Source: an uncultured Acidobacteriota bacterium (lineage in GTDB: Bacteria > Acidobacteriota > Vicinamibacteria > Fen-336). From it: 64,000 nt of DNA. Below, in pieces: positions 41,736 through 50,427 of the stretch; the stretch's first letter is position 1; each line of letters starts with the position of its first letter. The position numbers were made by a program, and so were the translations under genes. The notes below the pieces were generated by a model, which worked only from the letters and a program-made list of their open reading frames with translations, was not told the DNA's origin and did not search any database. The stretch is taken from assembly GCA_963720545.1 (NCBI GenBank), contig OY970399.1, positions 2,848,001 through 2,912,000 on the forward strand, in the 5' to 3' direction.

Positions 41736-41808
41736 GACGTTGAGTCCGCACAGCTCAAGAGTGACTCGTTCCGGAACGGGTTGGAGTCGAGTCGTCGACG
41801 CGCAAGAA
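41736..41808. repeat. Direct repeat copy 2 (73 bp)
   Basis: Same as 39345-39422 except for the missing GTTCC duplication and three substitutions. Confidence 0.92.
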
Positions 41809-41872
41809 CCGAACGATTTGTCCTGGGCTCAGCGGCGTCCAGCGGCGGTCCAGCCGTAGACAGCTACCGCTG

Positions 41873-43879
41873 TCACCGGCTTCCGCTCGCCTTGGCGATG
41901 AGGGCGAGCGACGCCGGCTGCGTCGCGTAAGCGGTCTTGTAGGTCGCGGCCTTGGCGGCGGGCAGGCGATAGCCCGCGGCGATCAGCTCTTCGAGGCCGT
42001 CGTGGCCGCTCCACAGTCCCATCTCGAAGGCGGTCAGGCCCATCGCGTTCGCGGCCTTCACGTCGCCGCCCGAGCGGATCAGCAGGCGCATCACCGTGCG
42101 GTCGCAGCCCGCGATCGCGGCGTCCATCAGCGGGGTGTTGCCGTTCTTGTCCTTGTGCGCGGCGCTTGCGCCCTTCTCGACCAGCGCCTGCACGATCGCG
42201 AGCGTCGCGGCTTTCGTCGGCCGCTCGGTCGGCGCGCATGCCTGGTTGACGAGCGCCATCTTGAGCGGCGGATCGTCGCCGGTGCCCTCGAAGCCGCGGT
42301 TCACCGGGATGCCGGCGTCCACGAACGCCTTCACCAGTTCCGCGTCGCCCTGGCCGATGGCGCGGTAGAAGTTCCAGTCGTCGAAGGCGACGCCGCGTTC
42401 ACGCAGCAGCGCGAGCGCGGCACGTTCGCCTGCGGGCGCCGCCTGGGAGGCGGCTGCTGCCGTCGCCGCCACCGGCGCGCCGCCTGGCGTGGCGCGCCGG
42501 CCGCTCTTCACGCGCTCCGCGGCTTCCTGCGCCGCCGCACGGACACGTGGCTCGGGATCACGCGCCAGCGCTTCGATCGCCGGCAGGGCCGACCTGGCCT
42601 CCGCCTCGCGGTTGCGCAGGTGCGAGAGCGCGCGCAGCCGCACCTCGAGCGCGTTGCCGGAGCCTGCGATCGTCGCGAGGTCGCCGGCCGACCCCTCTTC
42701 ACCAAGCGCCAGGCCGTTCAGCGCATCGAGGGCCTCGAGCCGCGTGTCCACTTCGGCATCGCCGGCGATGGCCTTCAGGAGCGGCGCGTGGGCGCGTTGC
42801 GCGACCGCCTGCTTCGCCGCCACGGGCACCGCCGCCGTGCGGTCGCCCATCTTGACGAGTGCGCGCGCGGCGCTGCGCCTCACGTACTTGTCGGGATCGC
42901 CGCCGAGCGCGTCAACGACGGCGCCCACTTGTTCGGCGGCCAGGCCGCCCGCTGCGCCGAGCGCATCGAGCGCCGCCGATCGCACGTCGTCGTCGGGACT
43001 CTTCACAAACCGCGCCGCGGGGGATGCCCACGCCGCGACGTCCTTCTCGGTGTGCTGTCCGGCGAGTTCCTTGAGCGCCGCTTCCTGCACGTCCACGTTG
43101 GCGGAGCCGAGCAGCTCGACCAGCGTCGCGGTCCAGCCGGTCGGCTTCGGCTCGAAGCTGCCAAGCGCCTTGATGATGAGGGGCGTGCCCGGCTGGCCGG
43201 AACGGGCCGCCTTCGTGAGCGGCGCGACCAGGCCGCGGTCGCGGGTGGCAGCCAGCTCCTGCAGCGCGTTCGTTGCGAGCTCGCTGTTGGTGCGCTGCGC
43301 GTCGTAGTTCGGATCGCTCACCGGCACCGCCGTCGACCATTCGGCCGTGTACGCGAGCACCGGGCCGAGGAGCCGCGTCGGTTCGTCGATGCCGATGAGG
43401 CCGCTCGCCGCGAGAAAGCGCGTGTCAGTGGCGCTTGCCGGCCCATCCAGGACCCGCCGCCGCGTGGCGGCCAGATCTTTTGCCGGCACACCCAGCGCCT
43501 GGAGAGCGCCGGCGGCGCGCACGGCGACGTCCCCGCTGACGTCATCGAGCGCCTTCGTCAACGCGGCGCGCGCCGGCTCCGCGGCCTTGTGCGAGCGCCA
43601 CAGGGACCGCGCCGCTGCCACCCGCACGCGCGGCGCCGGATCGGCGAGCGCCGCGGTCAGCGCGCTGATGGCCGCGGGGTACTCCGAGCCGCCGAGATAC
43701 TCCGCGGCATCCTCGCGCTTTTGCGGATCCTTTTCGGCCTGGAGCGCCTTGATCTTTTCGTCCACCCACTTGCGAGCCTGCCGGTCGCTCTTCTCGTCGA
43801 CGCCTGGCGGTGCTGCGGCATGCGCCGGCAAGGCGGTTGCGAGGAACGACAAGGCGAGGCAGCGAAGCAGCAGGCGCAT
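41873..43879 (-). CDS. Secreted HEAT-repeat protein with C-terminal ankyrin repeats
   Basis: Signal peptide 'MRLLLRCLALSFLATALPAHA'; repeated 'L.D....VR..AA.AL'; 'DKNGNTPLMDAA', 'NAMGLTA'. Confidence 0.8.
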   Translation of the reverse strand: MRLLLRCLALSFLATALPAHAAAPPGVDEKSDRQARKWVDEKIKALQAEKDPQKREDAAEYLGGSEYPAAISALTAALADPAPRVRVAAARSLWRSHKAAEPARAALTKALDDVSGDVAVRAAGALQALGVPAKDLAATRRRVLDGPASATDTRFLAASGLIGIDEPTRLLGPVLAYTAEWSTAVPVSDPNYDAQRTNSELATNALQELAATRDRGLVAPLTKAARSGQPGTPLIIKALGSFEPKPTGWTATLVELLGSANVDVQEAALKELAGQHTEKDVAAWASPAARFVKSPDDDVRSAALDALGAAGGLAAEQVGAVVDALGGDPDKYVRRSAARALVKMGDRTAAVPVAAKQAVAQRAHAPLLKAIAGDAEVDTRLEALDALNGLALGEEGSAGDLATIAGSGNALEVRLRALSHLRNREAEARSALPAIEALARDPEPRVRAAAQEAAERVKSGRRATPGGAPVAATAAAASQAAPAGERAALALLRERGVAFDDWNFYRAIGQGDAELVKAFVDAGIPVNRGFEGTGDDPPLKMALVNQACAPTERPTKAATLAIVQALVEKGASAAHKDKNGNTPLMDAAIAGCDRTVMRLLIRSGGDVKAANAMGLTAFEMGLWSGHDGLEELIAAGYRLPAAKAATYKTAYATQPASLALIAKASGSR

Positions 43880-43943
43880 GTTGAAAGCCTCCGGAGTGCC
43901 GATGCTAAGCGAGCGGCCCTTTGCCGCGGCGATAGCGCGCAAA

Positions 43944-43972
43944 TTGCCTCGCGTGTAAGCGTTTGCGATACT
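43944..43972 (+). promoter_or_regulatory. Putative sigma70 promoter for the 43999-48715 operon
   Basis: TTGCCT-N17-GATACT about 27 bp upstream of the ATG at 43999. Confidence 0.4.
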
Positions 43973-43998
43973 GCCACTTCGTTCGATCCGGGGGTGAC

Positions 43999-44715
43999 AT
44001 GACTGACGTTGAAACGGTGCCTGAGGCGCCACAGGTAAAGGTCGAAAGCGGCGTCGCCAGGGTCCTGGTGGACGGCAAGGAACGCGAGTTCCAGTTGAAG
44101 CCGCTGCCCGAGGAGTTCACCAAGTGGCAGCTCGAGTACAAGCACCGGATCTACGATTCGATCCTCAAGGACGAGTACGTGCGCTTCAACGCCGGCCACC
44201 TGCCGGTGGTCGGCTCGTGGGACGAGGAGTCTCTGTTCCCGAACCTCGCCAACAAGGGCGTCGGCTTCACGCCGAAGGACGAGTACATCGAGAAGTACCT
44301 GAAGCTCGTCGAGGACGCGGTCGCCGAGATCGAGAAGCTGCCGACGCACGCGGTGGACGAGACCCGCAAGATGCGCATCGCGACGGCGCGCGAGTTCTAC
44401 GCGCATCCCGAGCACATCGACTGGAGCCGCCTGGGGCTGCTCGAGATCTTCGAGGGCGGCACCTACCGCAACTTCGTCAAGAACCCGTTCGCCTCGGTGC
44501 TCTGGACCGGCGACTCGCCGGTGTTCGTGAGCTACCAGGTCGACTGCATCGTCGAGGTGATCACGCCGGAGCACCCGCGCTACCGCTTCTCCTGGGCGAT
44601 GCGGCGGCTCTTCGAGTTCGAGCCGTTCCACATCGTGCAGACCATGTTCCCGTACGCGTACACGCTGTGGGTCTACGACTACAAGGACAAGACCCCGCGC
44701 CGCCGCTTCAAGTGA
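43999..44715 (+). CDS. Hypothetical protein, probable PNPOx-like FMN/heme split-barrel fold
   Basis: Strong GC3 codon bias; 'LLEIFEGGTYRNFVKNPFASVLW..SYQVDCIVEVI' resembles the split-barrel core. Confidence 0.55.
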   Translation: MTDVETVPEAPQVKVESGVARVLVDGKEREFQLKPLPEEFTKWQLEYKHRIYDSILKDEYVRFNAGHLPVVGSWDEESLFPNLANKGVGFTPKDEYIEKYLKLVEDAVAEIEKLPTHAVDETRKMRIATAREFYAHPEHIDWSRLGLLEIFEGGTYRNFVKNPFASVLWTGDSPVFVSYQVDCIVEVITPEHPRYRFSWAMRRLFEFEPFHIVQTMFPYAYTLWVYDYKDKTPRRRFK

Positions 44716-44731
44716 GCGCCGCCGCACATCG

Positions 44732-45352
44732 ATGATCCAGCACAAGCGTGTCGACCGCGGCCAGCTCGCCGCGTTCCTGAAGGACGTCGCGGGCCGGCTC
44801 ACCCGGCCGGTGCATCTTTATCTCATCGGCGAGAGCGCCCTGGTGCTGGCGGGCGCTCGCGAGGCGACCGAGGAGAAGTTCGTCTACACGGCGAGCCCCT
44901 CGGACCGCGCGGCGCTCGACAAGGCCGTGGCCACGAGTGCGTCCGGCATCGGCATCGAGGTGCAGGCCGAGTCTCCGGCCGAGGTCGTGCCGACGCCAGA
45001 CGGCGCCGAGTCGCGCGCGCGGCCGATTGCCGAATGGCAGGCAGGGCCGCTCAAGGTCAGCGTCTACGATCCCTACGGCGCCGCCATCCGCCTGGTGGCG
45101 CGCGGCGACGAGCCCGATTATCACGCGGTCGTCGGCTACATGCGCCTCGGCTGGATGACGATGGAAGAGCTCGACCGCATTGTCGAGACGCTGATCGCGC
45201 GCTTCACCAAGGAAACGATCGCGCAGGATCCGGAGGAGTTCCGCCGCAAGCTGAAGGGCCTGCGGCAGATGTGGCGCGCCGACGTCTCGCGCCGCGCCGG
45301 CCAGCCCGTTTGGCAAGAGACCCCCCGCGGAGATACGCTCACGAACACGTAG
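44732..45352 (+). CDS. Hypothetical protein, DUF6036/nucleotidyltransferase-like
   Basis: 'LYLIGESALVLAG.R.AT', 'DPY..AI..V.RG..D' pattern; the usual acidic DxD is not evident. Confidence 0.5.
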   Translation: MIQHKRVDRGQLAAFLKDVAGRLTRPVHLYLIGESALVLAGAREATEEKFVYTASPSDRAALDKAVATSASGIGIEVQAESPAEVVPTPDGAESRARPIAEWQAGPLKVSVYDPYGAAIRLVARGDEPDYHAVVGYMRLGWMTMEELDRIVETLIARFTKETIAQDPEEFRRKLKGLRQMWRADVSRRAGQPVWQETPRGDTLTNT

Positions 45353-45398
45353 CTGCACCTGCCGCAGTCGGCCGTTTCTCGTCCACGAGGTCCGCGGA

Positions 45399-47390
45399 AT
45401 GTACAAGGAAGTGTTCGTCCCGGTCGACAACTCGCAGCACTCGGACTGGGCGGTGGAGCGCGCGATCGAGATGTGCCAGGCGACCGGCGGGCGCATCACC
45501 GCGAACCACGTGTATGCGGCGCGCCTGCACGACGTGCGCTTCCGCCAGCTCGAAACCGGGCTGCCGGCGCAGTTCCAGACGCCCGAAGAGATCAAGCGCC
45601 AGCGCAAGATCCACGACAAGCTGATCGAGAAGGGCCTGCAGCTGATCGCCGACAGCTTCCTCGACCAGGTCGGCAACCGCGCCGAGGCCGCCGGCGTGCC
45701 GCTGACGCGCCAGCTGCTCGAGGGCATCAACTACGAAGAGATCGTGCGCGAGCTGAACCGCGGTGAGGGCCGCCTGCCGGGCCTCATCGGCTTCGACCCC
45801 AATCGCGCCAAGGGCTACGACGGCGCCGACAAGATCCGCGGCGACGTGCAGCTCGGAGCCGACGGACGCATCGTCGCCGAGGACGAGGGCGAGGCGGCGA
45901 AGCTCGCCGGCAACTCCGGCCGCCAGTACGACCTCATGGTGATCGGCGCGCACGGCCTCGGCCGCCAGCAGTATTCGCAGGTGGGCGGCGTCGTCTCGCG
46001 TGCGCTGCGCTCGATCGAGAAGGACACGCTCATCGTCAAGGACGGCACGCCGCTGCGCGGCGGCAAGATCATGGTGTGCGTCGACGGCTCGTCCTACTCG
46101 TACCGCGGCATGAAGGCGGCGCTCGAGCTGGCGCAGCAGTTCGGCGCCGAGCTCTACGTCTGCAGCGCCTTCGACGTCGAGTATCACCACATCGTGTTCC
46201 ATAACATCAAGGACGTGCTCTCGGCCCAGGCCTCGAAGGTGTTCAAGTTCGAGGAGCAGGAAGAGCTGCACAACAACATCATCGACAAGGGCCTGCTGAA
46301 GCTGTGCCAGGCGAACATCAAGCGCGCCGAGGCGATGGCCAAGGAGTATCCCGGCGTGCCGATGAAGTCGCAGATCCTCATCGGCAAGCCGTTCCAGGTG
46401 ATCCTGCAGTGGGCCGAGGAGATCAAGCCCTCGATGGTGATCGCGGCGCGGCACGGCGCCCATCGCGTCGACGGCACCGACCTCGGCTCGCAGGCCGAGA
46501 ACCTGATTCGCCTCTCGCCCGCGAACCTGATGCTGATCGGCACCACCGGCATCCGCCCCGAGGACATTCCGTGGATCGAGGAGGACGGCCAGGCCGGGCT
46601 GCCGTGGGCGCCCGACGCCGAGGTGCGCATCCTGCGCGTGCCGCCGTTCGCGCAGGGCATCGCGCGGCGCGCGGTCGAGGAGTACATCCTCGAGAACAAC
46701 GGCGGCGAGCTGAACCCGATCGTGACCAACAAGTGGCTCGACCAGGCGATCGCCAAGCTGCTGCCGACGCACATGCAGCTCATCATGGGCATCGGCAGCG
46801 CCGAGGAGATCGCACTCGCCGAGACCAAGGCCGAGGAGCAGCTGCGCGCCACCAAGGTGGTGGGCTACGACGACGACCCGGAGCCGGAATCTTCGGACGT
46901 CGAGACGAAGTGCCCGATCACCGGCCAGGTCGGCAAGCGCCCGCGCATGGCCACCGACCCGATCGTCTGGACCAACGAGGCCTGGGACCGGCTGCGCGGC
47001 GTGCCGCTGATCGCGCGGCCGCTGGCGCGCAACACCGTCGAGCGCTTCTCGCGCAACCACGGCATCTGGCGCGTCACCACCCGCGTGATGGACGAGAACA
47101 AGGCGGCCATGATCGAGGCCGACGAGTTCGACGCCGAGACCATGATGACGATGTTCACCGAGCTGCGCGCCCGCCAGATCCGCGCCGAGGCGGAAGGCGG
47201 CAGCGCCATCTCCGAGGAGATGCGTCAGTTCATCGAGGAGGCGAAGGCGAACGGCGTCACCCGCTGCCCGATCCGCGACATCGAAGTGCAGATGGACAAG
47301 TGCCCGGTGGACATGAAGACGGTCTCGCCGGCGGACGCGAAGAAGGCGGTCGAGCAGTACCTGGAGACCGTGGGCGCGAAGAAGGAGTAG
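45399..47390 (+). CDS. Tandem universal stress protein domains + two PCP_red-like domains + Cys-Pro motifs
   Basis: USP1 'VFVPVDNSQHS..DLMVIGAHG', USP2 'IMVCVDGSSYS..LGSQAENLIR'; 'WAPDAEVRILRVPPFAQGIARRAVEEY', 'WTNEAWDRLRGVPLIARPLARNTVERF'. Confidence 0.85.
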   Translation: MYKEVFVPVDNSQHSDWAVERAIEMCQATGGRITANHVYAARLHDVRFRQLETGLPAQFQTPEEIKRQRKIHDKLIEKGLQLIADSFLDQVGNRAEAAGVPLTRQLLEGINYEEIVRELNRGEGRLPGLIGFDPNRAKGYDGADKIRGDVQLGADGRIVAEDEGEAAKLAGNSGRQYDLMVIGAHGLGRQQYSQVGGVVSRALRSIEKDTLIVKDGTPLRGGKIMVCVDGSSYSYRGMKAALELAQQFGAELYVCSAFDVEYHHIVFHNIKDVLSAQASKVFKFEEQEELHNNIIDKGLLKLCQANIKRAEAMAKEYPGVPMKSQILIGKPFQVILQWAEEIKPSMVIAARHGAHRVDGTDLGSQAENLIRLSPANLMLIGTTGIRPEDIPWIEEDGQAGLPWAPDAEVRILRVPPFAQGIARRAVEEYILENNGGELNPIVTNKWLDQAIAKLLPTHMQLIMGIGSAEEIALAETKAEEQLRATKVVGYDDDPEPESSDVETKCPITGQVGKRPRMATDPIVWTNEAWDRLRGVPLIARPLARNTVERFSRNHGIWRVTTRVMDENKAAMIEADEFDAETMMTMFTELRARQIRAEAEGGSAISEEMRQFIEEAKANGVTRCPIRDIEVQMDKCPVDMKTVSPADAKKAVEQYLETVGAKKE

Positions 47391-48715
47391 TGGCCGCGAC
47401 CGCCGTCAGTTCCTTCGTTGCGGGCGAGCGCGAACCGGCTTCGAGCGAGTTCCTGCCGCACGTCGTCGCCTGGAACCTGACGAAGAAGTGCAACCTCCAG
47501 TGCACGCACTGCTACATCTCGGCGGGGCCGTGGGAGGACGCGAGCGACGAGCTGACGCCAGCGGAGTGCCTGCGGGTGGTGGACCAGCTGGTCGAGGTGA
47601 ACCCGTCGCCGATGCTGATCCTGAGCGGCGGCGAGCCGCTGCTGCGGCCCGACCTGCCGGCGCTCGCGGCGCACGCGGTGCGGCGCGGCTGCACGGTGGT
47701 GGTCGGGACCAATGGCACGCTGCTCACGGCGGCCAAGGTGGGGATGCTGAAGGACGCCGGAGTCTCGGGTGTCGCGGTCAGCGTGGATTCGCTCGAGCCC
47801 GGCGCCCACGACGCCTTCCGCGGCGGCTCGCATGCGCTGCAGCGCACCATGGCGGCGCTCGAACATCTGAAGGCGCAGCAGCTCGACTTCGTCATCCAGA
47901 CGACCGCGAGCCCGGCCAACCAGGACCAGATCCCGCAGATCGTGCGCTGGGCCGCCGAACAGGGTGCCGTCTGCTTCAACCTTTACTTCCTGGTGCCCAC
48001 CGGCCGCGGCGCCGACCTCGTCGACCTTGCGCCCGCACGCATCGAGTCGTTGCTTTCCGACCTCGCCGCGGCGGAGCAGGAGCAGCGCGGCGCGATGATG
48101 GTGCGCGCCAAGTGCGCGCCGCACTTCATCCGCCACGTCCACGGCACCGATCCCGACTCGCCGGTGCTCAGCTATCGCACGCGCTGTCCCTGCGGCATCG
48201 ACTACTGCCGCATCACCCCCGACGGCAAGCTGACGCCGTGCCCGTACATGCCAAGTGTCGCCGGCGACCTGCGCCGGCAGACCTTCGGCGAGATCTGGCG
48301 CGAGTCGCAGCTCCTCGCCTCGCTGCGCGAACGCTCCCTGGGCGGCCGCTGCGGCCGCTGCGAGTACCGCCTCATCTGCGGCGGCTGCCGCGCGCGGGCG
48401 CTGGCAGCCACCGGCGACGTGCTGGCCGAAGACCCGTCGTGCACCTACGAGCCGCAGCCCGACCGAGCGCCGATCCCGCGGCGCGCCATGACGTACGGCG
48501 GCGCGCACACGGCCACCCTCACGTGGCACCCGGCGGCGCAGGAGCGCATGAACAAGATCCCGTCGTTCGTGCGCGGCGTGGTGATGAAGCGCGTCGAAGA
48601 CTTCGCCCGCGAAAAAGGCGCCGCGACCGTGACCATCGACCTGCTGAAGGACATCCGCTCCGCCATGCCGGTCGACTTCTCGAAGAAGCGCCCGTTCTTC
48701 CTCAAGGACGAATGA
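47390..48715 (+). CDS. Radical SAM/SPASM enzyme (AhbC/AhbD/NirJ-like) with C-terminal PCP_red domain
   Basis: 'WNLTKKCNLQCTHCY', 'LSGGEPLLR', SPASM 'CPCG..C.ITPDG.LTPCPY..CGRCEY..CGGCRARA..DPSC'; tail 'WHPAAQERMNKIPSFVRGVV..VEDFAREKG'. Confidence 0.9.
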   Translation: MAATAVSSFVAGEREPASSEFLPHVVAWNLTKKCNLQCTHCYISAGPWEDASDELTPAECLRVVDQLVEVNPSPMLILSGGEPLLRPDLPALAAHAVRRGCTVVVGTNGTLLTAAKVGMLKDAGVSGVAVSVDSLEPGAHDAFRGGSHALQRTMAALEHLKAQQLDFVIQTTASPANQDQIPQIVRWAAEQGAVCFNLYFLVPTGRGADLVDLAPARIESLLSDLAAAEQEQRGAMMVRAKCAPHFIRHVHGTDPDSPVLSYRTRCPCGIDYCRITPDGKLTPCPYMPSVAGDLRRQTFGEIWRESQLLASLRERSLGGRCGRCEYRLICGGCRARALAATGDVLAEDPSCTYEPQPDRAPIPRRAMTYGGAHTATLTWHPAAQERMNKIPSFVRGVVMKRVEDFAREKGAATVTIDLLKDIRSAMPVDFSKKRPFFLKDE

Positions 48716-50369
48716 CGGCTGGCGCCTTCCTGAACCGGAGGTCCAGGACCCGGCCGGTGTTGATGGTGAGGCCGTTGATGGCGCCGCGCTTGTCACGGTC
48801 GAAGCGCACCGTGCCGAACTCGGCGTTCAGGAACAAGTCTCGGCCGAGCGGCACCAGCGCCTCGCCAGCGGGCAGCTTCATGGTGGTCACCACCAGCGCG
48901 CCGCTGCGCGCCTCGACCCGGTAAACCGGTTCGAGCTCGTCGCTCGTGTAAGCGCCTGCGTACTGCGCAAGGTCCGCGGCTTGCGGCACGAACTGCGCGA
49001 CCCGCTCGTAGACGACCGGGTCTTCGTCCTCGAACGTCTGCGTGAAGCGTGCGGCGTTGGCGGCAAAGGTGAAGACCGGGCCGCTGTCGCCGAGGCGGAA
49101 GCGGCTCTTCCCGAGCGGCTGCAGCGCGCGGATGCGCTCGTCGGTCGAGGAGCTGATGCCGAGCTTTCCTTCGCGCACCAGCACCCGCGCGCCGTCGCGG
49201 CCGTCGGCGCTGACGAAGGCGCCGGTGAGTTTCTGCAGGTCGGTCGCGGCCACCTCGACCTCCTTCTCGGGAACAGGCTCCGGCTGCAGCTGCGCGGCGA
49301 GGTAGATGTCGGCGACCTTGTGGCTCAGGGTCCAGGGCTGGGCGTGCGCGGCGTTGCAGAGGATGGTGACGGCGAAGCGCTGGTCGGGGAACCAGCTGAT
49401 GTTGGCGCGATAGCCGGCGTCGGCGCCGCCGTGGCCCACGGTCCGCAGTCCGCGGTACGTGCCCACCGAAAGGCCGAACGCGTAGTCGGTCTTCTTGCCG
49501 CTCGTCAGCACGCCCGGCACCTGCAGGCTGTCGAGGAACTCCCGGTCGAGGACCTTGCCGGTCCAGAAGTTCTGTGCCCACTTCACGAGGTCGCCGGCCG
49601 TCGTCATCAGGCTGGTGGCGCCGACGGTGTCGAAGTTGGTGACGCTCAGCCGGTACGTGCTGCCGGCGCGTTCGTAGCCGTAGGCGATCTCCGGCACCAG
49701 TTCGGCATGGTCGTCGCGGAAGTGGGTGCGGTTCATGCCGAGCGGCCTGAAGAACCGTTCGGTCGTGAACTCGCGCAGCGACTTGCCGGAGACACGCTTC
49801 ACGATCTGGCTCAGAAGCGTGAAGCCGGTGTTCGAGTAGAGGTACTTCGAACCGGGCGGGAAGTTGAGCGCCTTCTGCCGCTTCACCAGGCTCATGACGT
49901 CGTCGTCGGTGATGAGGTCGAGGGAATAGCGCCAGCCGGAAAGGCCGAGCAGGTCCCACTGGTCGCGCAGCCCGCTCTGGTGATGGATCAACTGGCGGAT
50001 CGTCACCGGCGTGCCGAAGTCGGGCAGTTCGGTCACGTACTTGCGCGCCGGGTCATCGAGCGAGAGCTTGCCTTCCTTCGCCAGCAGCGCCACCGCCGCG
50101 GCCGTGAACTCCTTGGAGACGGAAGCCACGTGGAACACGGTGGCCGCGGTGTTGGCGATGCCGTGGTCGAGGTCGGCCATGCCGTAGCCGCGCGTGTAGG
50201 CGACGGCGTCGTCCTGCAGCACGGCGAGCGAACAGCCCGGCGCATCCGAGCGGTTCCACTCCGCGAAAACCGCGTCCACGCGCTCTGGGTTCGTTTGCGC
50301 GAGGAGCCGCTCCGCAGCCGCCAGGGAAAGCGCCGCGAGTGCCGCCGCGCCGAAGCCGATCGATTTCAT
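48702..50369 (-). CDS. Serine hydrolase (beta-lactamase/class C-like family)
   Basis: Signal peptide; 'FHVASVSKEF' (SxxK), 'YLYSNTGF', 'GHGGA'. Confidence 0.92.
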   Translation of the reverse strand: MKSIGFGAAALAALSLAAAERLLAQTNPERVDAVFAEWNRSDAPGCSLAVLQDDAVAYTRGYGMADLDHGIANTAATVFHVASVSKEFTAAAVALLAKEGKLSLDDPARKYVTELPDFGTPVTIRQLIHHQSGLRDQWDLLGLSGWRYSLDLITDDDVMSLVKRQKALNFPPGSKYLYSNTGFTLLSQIVKRVSGKSLREFTTERFFRPLGMNRTHFRDDHAELVPEIAYGYERAGSTYRLSVTNFDTVGATSLMTTAGDLVKWAQNFWTGKVLDREFLDSLQVPGVLTSGKKTDYAFGLSVGTYRGLRTVGHGGADAGYRANISWFPDQRFAVTILCNAAHAQPWTLSHKVADIYLAAQLQPEPVPEKEVEVAATDLQKLTGAFVSADGRDGARVLVREGKLGISSSTDERIRALQPLGKSRFRLGDSGPVFTFAANAARFTQTFEDEDPVVYERVAQFVPQAADLAQYAGAYTSDELEPVYRVEARSGALVVTTMKLPAGEALVPLGRDLFLNAEFGTVRFDRDKRGAINGLTINTGRVLDLRFRKAPAVIRP

Positions 50370-50427
50370 GGACGAACCTCCAGGGCGGATCGTACCGGGA
50401 GACGGCGCTCGCCGTAATATTGCCGCG

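Noticed and set aside
39345..41808. Integron attC sites or IS ends
   Set aside because: GTTGAGT fits GTTRRRY, but no properly spaced complementary RYYYAAC box, integrase or transposase is visible; the copies are direct, not inverted.
38652..48715. Chlorophyll biosynthesis (DPOR BchB/ChlB)
   Set aside because: Only the small C-terminal PCP_red-like domain is present; there are no nitrogenase-like BchN/B/L catalytic subunits.
47390..48715. RiPP maturase (PqqE/MftC-like) with precursor peptide
   Set aside because: No PqqD/RRE domain or convincing short precursor ORF nearby; the motifs and context fit Ahb/NirJ-like enzymes better.
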